A stretch of 47,085 nucleotides of DNA from the NCBI GenBank assembly GCA_002245135.1, contig NGBS01000027.1:62001-109085 (forward strand), given 5' to 3'. The notes under the pieces are model-generated. The model did not search any database. It was given only the letters and a program-made list of their open reading frames with translations, and was not told the origin of the DNA. The position numbers and the translations under genes were made by a program. The stretch comes from Proteromonas lacertae. Its lineage: Eukaryota. Every line of letters starts with the position of its first letter. Position 1 is the stretch's first letter. This document shows, one piece after another, positions 37,733 through 47,085 of this stretch.

Positions 37733-39659
37733 TTATTTAATGTTGAAGAATTCTTTACTTAATTCTTTCTTTTCTTCTTCTGAAATTCCATCTATTTTTA
37801 TTATTCCAATTGATGAAAATGTTTCTAAAAATGATTTTAATTCTGATTTATCTACATCTTCTTTCAATGTTATTGATAATTCTTGCAAATCTTGAAAATA
37901 CTTTTGATTTTCATTAAATAATTTCAATCCTTTTTCATTTAATTCATTTGCTGAAAGATTTATCTGTTTTAATAGTTCATAATCTCTTAATCTTTCTATC
38001 AGCATCTTTAATCCGTTTTCACTCATTCCAATATCTATTCATATCATAAAAGATGCAATATTAATAATATACTTGAAATATCAAATACAAAATCATTACA
38101 ACCATAACCTTCTTCTATAAATATTTCTAAATTACTACATATTATCTCTACTCCTTCATCTCCAATTGGATTATTGTTAATTGAAATATATTGTTTTGGA
38201 TGCTTTAATGAGGAATCCATCAATTCTTTTAATCCTTTAGAACTAGTTCTATTATTAGATAAATCAAGTGTTAAATAATCAATCTTCTTAATTAATCTAA
38301 TGTGATAATCGTTAATATTCATATCTATTTCATTATAACATATATTCTATACTTGAAAAATCATATTCTTTATCAAAATAATGTCTCTTCTTTTTGGCAC
38401 AATACTTCAAATAATATTCCAATTCTTCATTTGTCCATAATGAATATCTCATTTCGATAAAAGGATATTCTTCATCTTCTATTGATTTAGAACAAATTGA
38501 TTTTAATCCTTTCATACTAATATTATTCCCTTTTAGATTAATACAGTAGCATTCTTCTGATAAATCTATTTCATCTATTAACAACATCACACATTCATCA
38601 TCTATTAATATATTACTCAAATTAAGATTATATATATCATCACGATCTTTTGCTACCATCATTAAATTCTCAATTAATAATTTAAATCCAACATTTCCAA
38701 TTGGATTATCTATTATATATAATACTCAAATATATACTGTGAATAATCAAGTTTTCTATATTTTCATTTTCCATCATATAATTCATCAAATGCTTTATTC
38801 CTTCTGAATTTATATTATTATCGCTTATATCAAGTTTATACATATTCTCCTTCCCATCATCATCATCACCTTCTTCTTCTTCTTCCTCCTCCTCCTCTTC
38901 TTCTTCTTCCCCATTTTCTTCTTCTTCATCATCTTCTACTTTACTATTATTATTTTTTAAACCTCCCAACAAATATTCTAACCCCTTTGAAGATAATCCC
39001 ATTTCTATTCAAAACTTAATAAATAATAATAGTTATACTTGAGCAGTTAATAATATCATCATGATATTTATCTTTCAATAAATGTATATGTGGAGATAAT
39101 AATTTCATTCCTGCATCTCCTATTTCATTTCCACATAGATAAAGGTATTTAAGACTGGGAAATGAAGATAAGTTGTTAATCAGTGTTTTTATACTTTTAT
39201 ATGATAATTTATTATCTATAGAAAATATAATAATAACATCAAATTATACTTCTTAAATCCAGCTCTACTGTTTCTTTTAATTCATTTGATCTTAAAGAAA
39301 TGAAAGAATTAAAAACATTATCATTAATGTCTAAGTTACTAAGATTTAATGAGTTTAAATTATTGAACAAAACTGGTATATTTTTATTAACAAGTAATTC
39401 TTTACATGGATTACAATATATATTTGTACATTTGGAGAATAATGTTTCTAATCCTTTTGAATGAATATTATTGTTGAATACAACATCTATTTTGCTAAGA
39501 TTTGGATATCTATATAACTCTTTTGATAATAACATCATTGATTCATCATTTAAATTCATTCCTCTAAGATTCAATTCATTCTTGAAGTTGATTAATAAAT
39601 GTAAATATGGAAGTAATAATTTGAAGCTTTTTGAACCAATTGGATTAACTATTTCATTA

Positions 39660-39705
<46 letters not shown>

Positions 39706-41214
39706 AATAATAAATACATGAGAGATCTAAACATTTCAATCTTGTCAATGGAATTGATTTAACAAATGTTTCAATAAAGTGATAGGTAATTTCACACCAT
39801 GATAAATCTAACTGATTTAGATTATATAATTGAGAAAAAAATGATCCAAAAAATGATTGACATGATAGTGGAATGTTAATCTCTATGTATTATATAATAA
39901 AAGTATTAAAAAAATACTAATTTTGATTTTTGTTGGATTTATTAGTTTTAATATTCTCAGTAAATAATATACCCCTTCTTCACAGAAACAAACACATCTT
40001 ACATTACTATAGATTGTTTCTTTGTCATAATAATCAGTATTAATATCAAATATCATATCATCTAAATAAGACTGTTTAACCACTTTACATTGGTGACGAT
40101 TTTGGAATTTCAGTTTATATTTTATTGTATTATCTTCTTTATATAATTTCATCATCAATAGTATAGCTAGTATTCTGTCACTATATTGATGATTAAATGA
40201 TTCTATCAATTTATCTCTAAGTTCTATTCTTTATATATAACATTTATACTTTCATATTTATTATATTGAAGATAATATTGTATTTGATATGAAATATTGG
40301 GGGATATTACTATTGCATTATCATTATTAAACAATAACTCTTTTCTTTCTTTACATATCATCATATTATTTTTATCATCTTTCAATATTTCACTCATTTT
40401 TATAGTTTCTTTTTTCAACTCTTTCAAACTCAATCTATCTTCACTTTTCACTTTTAACAACTTACTGACCAACTCATTCATCATATCATCACATTCTACA
40501 TCTAAACTGTATTTACATCTCATGACATTATTAACTGTTCTTTTGATATCATTATCTTCATTGAATGGTAATTTCTTACAAATCATTTCATATAATATAC
40601 AGCCAATTGACCAAATCACACTTCCCTCATTACATTCATATCCATTCAACTCTTCTGGGCTTTTGAAACAAATATCATACAATCTCATATCTTCATATTT
40701 TCTCAATTCATTCAACAATAAATCACATAACTTCATTTCTCCATTTTCTTCACATATTATGTTACTACTCTTCAAATTCCTTAATACTAAACAATAATCA
40801 TTCAATATCATCAAAATATTACATAATAACACAATCATTTTACATATATCATCACTTGAAAAAGATTTACTTTGAGTGATCTGTTCTAAGTCTCTCGAGT
40901 AATATCCTCTTGTTATTAACATATAATCACCTTCAATACTCGAGTGAATCACACGAGAAGGATAAATGAAGGATAAACAACCTTCTATCAGTAATGAGTT
41001 ATTCTCTAAGTATTTTGATATTCTTTTTTCTTCATTTCTTTGAACATTTACTACTTTCATCATTTTTATCTCATTTTGATGTTGTAACACCAAATCTATT
41101 TCATTAACATCTTTTCTACTTTCTCTTTTATCTATAAATAATATTATGCTAACATACATGAGTATTAAATGGTAATAACCAGGATAATACATCATCTGCA
41201 AAAGATTTCTTCAT
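37733..41214 (-). CDS. Pseudokinase-LRR, copy 2 (frameshift near 41110; two LRR exons strongly diverged)
   Basis: Mirror of 15196-18606. Confidence 0.78.
39665..39702. repeat. Intronic (TA)n microsatellite, expanded relative to the left-arm copy near 16701-16714
   Basis: Direct reading; another (TA)n lies at ~3968-3991. Confidence 0.85.
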
Positions 41215-41276
41215 TTAAGATTTTATAATTTTCAAAAAGATAGTCGTTACACTTTTCTTTTTCTCTGTTTTATTCA

Positions 41277-41970
41277 ATGGTGCTTGTATAAATTAATATT
41301 TTATACAATTCAATAGACTCTTTATACATATGCGAATAATAATAAAACAGCTAAAGCAATTATAACATCGCAATACTGCAATATAAAACTAAATATTCCT
41401 CCATTTAAAATGGGTGAAGATAATAAGACTGAAGACTATTTAAAAAAGAATCCAAATGGTGGTGTACCAACTCTAGAGACTAGTAAAGGGTGTGTTTATG
41501 GTAGTAATTCAATAGCTAAATATATAGCTAGAATGCGTCGTGATGTAGGATTATGTGGTGAAACATTTTATGATGAGGGATTGGTTGATGAATGGTGTGA
41601 ATGGTCAAATACTTTACTTGAACCTGCAGCTGATGCTTGGTATTTACCATTAGTAGGATGTGCTAAATATAATAAAGAAAAAGAAGATGAGGCCAAACAG
41701 AAAATGGAAGTATTGTTAAAAATATTAGATGATCATTTAATGGATAAAGAGTATGTTGTAGGTAATAGAATCACATTAGCTGATATTGTATTGATGTGTA
41801 CAGTTGTTTACCATTTTCAGTATTTATTCGATGAAGATTATAGAAAGAAATTCCCAAGTTTAACAAAGTGGTTTGTGAGTTTATCAAATGAAGAAGAGTT
41901 TATAAATGTATTAGGAAAAATAGATCTATGTTCAAAACCTATTGTGTATGAAAGCCCAGAGAAAAAATAA
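41277..41970 (+). CDS. EF1Bgamma-type GST, copy 2
   Basis: Mirror of 14440-15133. Confidence 0.85.
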
Positions 41971-42071
41971 AATCCAAATCAAGAATAATAATAACAATCT
42001 ATTTTTGTTTTGTATATTCATAATAATAATAATTTGTTTTTTTTCAAGTGTTGAATAAAAATAGGAAATAT

Positions 42072-43162
42072 CTATTCTTTATGAACAACAAGTACTTTGT
42101 GATGAAGAGCACTTCTTAAAATAAATAATCCAATTGCCCAGAACAAATAAAATGCAGCTGCTGTTATTACTTTCATAACAGATAATTCATGAGCTGCATA
42201 TCTATACAAATCATATCTCCATGAGAATTTATGACTAACATCAATCAGATTTTCTACTTTAATATTAATAAAAGATATATATACTTCTATATTGGAATAT
42301 ATCAATCATTATATCACCAGATATATTCATAAAGTAACTATAAGGAATAGTTCCAATTAACACACCAATGAAGTAAACAAAAACCAGGTAAATCATAATA
42401 CAATGGTAATAAATTGACAATATAAGTGGGAATAAATGGAATCTATAATAAATAAAGTGAATATAATAATAATTATATACATTTCTTAATAAAGCTACAT
42501 TAACCATATAATATAATGGAGATTGATGTTTTCCACCTAATAAACTTGTAGCAAACTCTAATCCTTTTCTCCAAGTTGGTGTTAATTCATTAAATGTTAA
42601 TGCTCTTGATTCAAGGAAATAACAACCAGTAGCACCAATCGAAATACCAATTGTACAGATTAATGAACCTAAAATTGGACCATAAATAATTCCAGCAGCA
42701 AAATATAATAATTGACCACCTGGAATGCAAAACATATTGAAGAATGAAATAACTCCAATATATCTAATAATAATAATAATAATAAATGTATATACATAAT
42801 ATATGAAATCCAATAATTGTTGTTAATCCATCCAATGACATTGCTTTTTTCTTTAACGAACCAATCTACAGATACGAAGTGAGAAAGTGCTGTGTAACGA
42901 TATATTATTGGAACAAGGACTAGAAATGAGTCTCTTCATAATTTACATATTAATCCAATAACTGCTAATCTTCTAGTTATTGAGCCAGGGAAGAACTTTA
43001 AATTCTCTGAAAGTGAAACAAAAATATCAAACTTTTATGATGTTTTCTGTAATACATATCTTGTGAATTTTCTTCAACAACTACTTCCTTTTCTTTAGGT
43101 TGATGAGGATCTAAAAGAATAACACTTCAATCTATACGAAATCTGTTTATCAAAAATTGCAT
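42072..43162 (-). CDS. VTT/DedA membrane protein, copy 2
   Basis: Mirror of 13249-14338. Confidence 0.8.
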
Positions 43163-43266
43163 TGTGGAATGAAAAAAAAGTGATTTTATGTCGTGTTTAT
43201 AATACAGTGTATTTATTAAAAATACAGTCAAGAATGTATTAATATTTTTGTGATTTTTACCTCCAA

Positions 43267-43711
43267 ATGGAAGAAGTATAGAATAATTAGATAATTTTAT
43301 AGGATTTCAAACATTCCTTGTATGTTTCAATTAGTGAGTTATGTTTAAATACTGGTATAACAGTTTATTGGTTATAAAACTAATTAGAGAAAGATAGTGG
43401 TATTAAGATTAACGATAAAGTATTTCTGTTCATTTTAAACATATATGTGACATAGTGTTATGGAGTTTTGACAGAACTTTTAGTTGAATATGTTGGTATC
43501 TTTAGTTTATCATTTCAACATAGAGACATTTGCATCAGATTTAGAGGCATTTGCACATCATGCGAAGAGAAATAAAATAGGGACTGAAGATGTACTGTTA
43601 TGTGCTAGAAAAGACCCAGAACTTGTATTAATATAAATTTAATTTGTACATTAGAAAGCTAGATTAACTGAGATAGCAGAATGCCAAAAACAGTCAAAAT
43701 CAGCCACATAA
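43267..43711 (+). CDS. CENPS: CENP-S / MHF1, copy 2
   Basis: Same 6-exon structure, frame intact. Confidence 0.9.
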
Positions 43712-43915
43712 TTCAGAATATATTGAAATTTATTCATATAAATAAACTATAAAAGTGGTGTATTATATTCATCTTATAAATTAACACTAAAATTAAGCAT
43801 TATGTATATCTTGATGTTTTATTAGTTTTATCATATGTGCATACGTGTATTAAGGTATTACTAATAATTATAACAAAACTTAAATAATACATACAGTTAC
43901 AACCTTATTACACGA

Positions 43916-46802
43916 ATGACAAACCAATTGAATAATAATATATCCGTTTCATATAAAATGAAAAGTTTATCTTGGAATGAGATGTCTTTGCTAACTATTG
44001 TCCGATCCAAGTCAGCAAAGCATTTTCTATTTAGAGTATCTGCGAGACTTTGTAAAGCAGGAACATTATTACCAACTAGATTTTGAGTATATAATGACTG
44101 TCATTGTCTAGATATCTACTGTCATGGCTGAAAGAAATTTATGCAAAGCTTAAAATGAACCATGTATTAACAGAAACAGAATTCCAAGGGTTGTTTATCG
44201 ACTTAATAGTGTTATGTACAGACATATTAAAGTTCCAGGTATTTTTAATTTTGTTATTGTAATAGACTGATCTTGAAAAAGGGCTTTTTGTCGAAAGAAT
44301 TTGATCTATATTCTTTTATATGAAGTATTTTTTGGATAAAATATCCAAAGATCTTGCTTTTTTCGATGATTACAACATTATTACCTCTCATATATGTGAT
44401 TTAATGAAAGAGAATAAATTATTCTCAAATTTACTCACTTCTAACCCAGCTTATACAAATAAAGCAAATTTGTTATATTATTTCTACTTACCCTACCAAT
44501 ATATAATAAGATTAGCACGATATTTCCGAATAATATTGCTGAACACAAATCGATCATCAATGTTACATTCCGAACTATTACAACTTTTTGATAATTCATT
44601 ATATATATGTAAACAGATAAAAGGAAGCATAGAACAATCTGGAAATAGAACAATGTTAATATCAATAGAAGAAAGATTGAAAGGAAAATATCCAATTGTT
44701 GAACTACATAGAATTTATGTATATATTTATATTATTATTATTATTAATAGATATATGAAAAAGCAGTAAAGATAATCAATAAAGAAGAAATGTCTCGTTA
44801 TTTATATTTATTTTCAGATTTAATTGTCGTTTGTACACAATCATCTTCATTTGAATATGCAGTAAAATATGTTGGAGTATATTATTATTATTATTATTAT
44901 TATTATTTTAAAATATGCCTATATATATATAGTGTGAATCTATACCTGAAGCTCCTACTAGTTTATTGATATATGGTATTGAGCAATCGTTTATAATAAT
45001 ATTTCCATCTGTTGAAAGCAAATTGCAATGGAAAGAAGCAATATCTCAATCATTAACACATTCATATTCGAATGAAACATTACATCTTGATAAGATAACA
45101 CAGCACCACGTATATATATATTCTCTTTATCTTACTCTTTCACTTTTACTTATTCTCATTTTTTATTCTGTTTTTATAGTATTTGTAAATATTGATTCAG
45201 CAAAACAATGCAATCTATGCAAAAACACCTTTGGATTACTACAAAGGAAATATCATTGTAATAAATGTGGTTTAATAGTCTGTCAACAATGTTTTATTAA
45301 GAAACCAGATAGGAATATGTAAAGACTGTAATGATAATCCAAATAAAGCAGCGAATAAAAGAAAGGCAAAAATTAAAAGATTCATTAGATAATAATGATG
45401 TAAGTACTGTTCCAAGACATTTATCAAGAAGAGCTTCGTCCTTATTCTACTGGATTGCAATCCTATTTATACCTATGAAAAGAAATACAGCAGTAGAAAG
45501 AGATTTTGTGAATAGATCTTTAAGAACAAAGGCTTTATACAAAGAAAACATACAAAATACACATAGTTAAGAGAATTATCAGAGTTAAGAATAGAAGATA
45601 TAAAAGTGATGTTAATAATGATGAAATTGATAAATATTACCTACAAAGACTACAAATAGAGAATTATAAAATCAGTAGTAAAAGAAACAGTAATGATTCA
45701 TTTCAAATCTGATAGAATATCTGATTTAATAGAACCTCGATCAAGATTTAGTAGTGTAAGTACCGCTTTAACTCCATTAATAGTTGAATGGTTTGATAAT
45801 CCTTTATTTGATCCTATGAGTGGTATGAAATGCAAAATATCCTATACATTTATGAAGGATAAAATATCTTCCAGTGATAATGGTAATAATATAAATGGTA
45901 ATACAATGAGTGGATCTTTATCACATATGTCATCTTACAGACAGAAACAACAATCACAACGTCAAAGAGCTATTACAGAAGCAAGTCCTTATAATTTAAC
46001 AGGTTCCAATAACTCAATCAATGTTATTAAGAAGAAGTACAACTCAAACCTTATCACAACAACAGTTATTACAAGTTTCAATGAAATCTTCATCATCTTC
46101 AACAACATCAAATACCTATGCCAATCCAAATACCACCAAGTACAACTGCTCCATTACCTCCTACTCTATCATCATCATCACCAGTGAGGAAGAGTAATTC
46201 CAATACTAGATTAAGATCAGGTTCAGGTTGCATTTCTCCCAAATTACTCAGTCCTTCCCATAGCAATAAAAATTGAATATTGTAGGGAAGAATAATCCTT
46301 GGGATTTCTTAGATGGTACATTAAATCCAGTGATTTCTAGTCCAATTCATACATCCAAATCACCACAACAAATTCCACAACCAATTCAACAACAACAACA
46401 ACAACAACAACAATCACCATTTCCACCTCCTCCATTTATGAGAAAGTCTTCTAATCTTAACAACAATGGTGTTAATAATAATAATAGTAGATTTAGATCA
46501 AGACAATAGCAATACAGCCAGATGAAGGTAAAGATATTTATGATGTTGGTTCATCTAGTGAATCTTATAAAGATATGTTTTTACCAAATAATCATAAAAA
46601 TGGAATGAGAGTAGAATCAAAGAGTGTTTCTTTAGGGAAATCGAATTTATTTGCTGGTTCAAGACCTAGTAGCAGCAGTATGCATCATTTACCACCTACT
46701 GTGCAGTTAGCTATGGCTAGTTATATGATTGATGCTAGTAGTTCTGATAAGCACAAGAAAGTTAGAAAGAGAGCTAGGAGTAGTAGAAAAACGTTTGGAT
46801 AG
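43916..46802 (+). pseudogene. FGD-like RhoGEF-PH-FYVE copy 2 with roughly a dozen small indels (pseudogene or unpolished sequence)
   Basis: Mirror of 9634-12504 broken into many ORF fragments, mostly at homopolymers. Confidence 0.6.
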
Positions 46803-46928
46803 GATGTATATATAATATATATATATAATTTATTTATGATTTGTTTAACATTTTGTTGGATTAAGTTAAAATAAAAAAATAATAATCATAGAGAGAAATA
46901 ATAATAATAATAAAGAGAATGAGAATTT

Positions 46929-47085
46929 TTAAACGCTTTTAGAAAGTGGAGTTAATTCACTTTCTGGAACACTCGAAATTGGTGTTGATACTAAATTCGT
47001 TGGATTACTTCCGTTGCTATTACCACTACCACTATTTCCACTATCACTTGCTGGTGGTGGCGATGTTCCACTTGCTGGTGTATAA
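46929..47085 (-). CDS. CHS: 3' end of a second chitin synthase copy (partial)
   Basis: Reverse complement of 9351-9507, ending ...ELTPLSKSV*. Confidence 0.85.
   Translation of the reverse strand, partial: YTPASGTSPPPASDSGNSGSGNSNGSNPTNLVSTPISSVPESELTPLSKSV

Larger units (their letters stand above)
29955..47085. repeat. Right arm of the inverted segmental duplication (runs off the window)
   Basis: Mirror of 9351-26410. Confidence 0.97.

Noticed and set aside
538..45460. Many short antisense or overlapping ORFs in the track (e.g. 538-780, 15614-16114, 19233-19616, 25563-25958, 40297-40797)
   Set aside because: Shadow frames of real genes, rich in I/L/F/Y/N, with no motifs.
1..47085. CRISPR array, rRNA, telomeric repeats
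   Set aside because: No repeat-spacer periodicity, rRNA-like conserved blocks or telomere-type arrays seen; only microsatellites.

Overview
Very AT-rich, gene-dense eukaryotic (protist) DNA with tiny GT-AG introns (mostly about 25-45 nt, donors usually GTATA/GTATT). This style, together with an oomycete/fungal division-1-type chitin synthase, suggests a stramenopile such as an AT-rich Blastocystis/Proteromonas-like gut protist; this is an inference, not an identification. Bases 1-9.5 kb hold four genes: a BTB-Ig-SPRY protein, an unknown protein, a signal-peptide GT41/OGT-like protein and a chitin synthase. The rest is a giant inverted duplication: arm L (<=9351 to ~26410) mirrors arm R (~29955 to >=47085). 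Each arm carries an FGD-like RhoGEF-PH-FYVE gene, CENP-S (absent from the ORF track), a VTT/DedA membrane protein, an EF1Bgamma-type GST, a pseudokinase-LRR, a GH20 hexosaminidase, RPP40, an Argonaute, an ADP-ribosylglycohydrolase and an orphan LRR exon. The ~3.5 kb spacer holds an LSH/DDM1-type SNF2 remodeler, an EF-hand protein and a nested ~354-bp inverted repeat containing two tRNA-Asn genes and the LSH 3' end. The most striking signal is an Argonaute with a complete DEDD tetrad and an N-terminal Stc1-like zinc finger, head-to-head with the ADP-ribosylhydrolase; its two copies flank LSH/DDM1 and a possible hairpin-RNA source, a candidate RNAi-to-heterochromatin module. Many single-base homopolymer frameshifts look like long-read errors, so pseudogene calls and the palindrome itself need read-level checks. 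All family calls come from motif recognition by eye; no searches were run.
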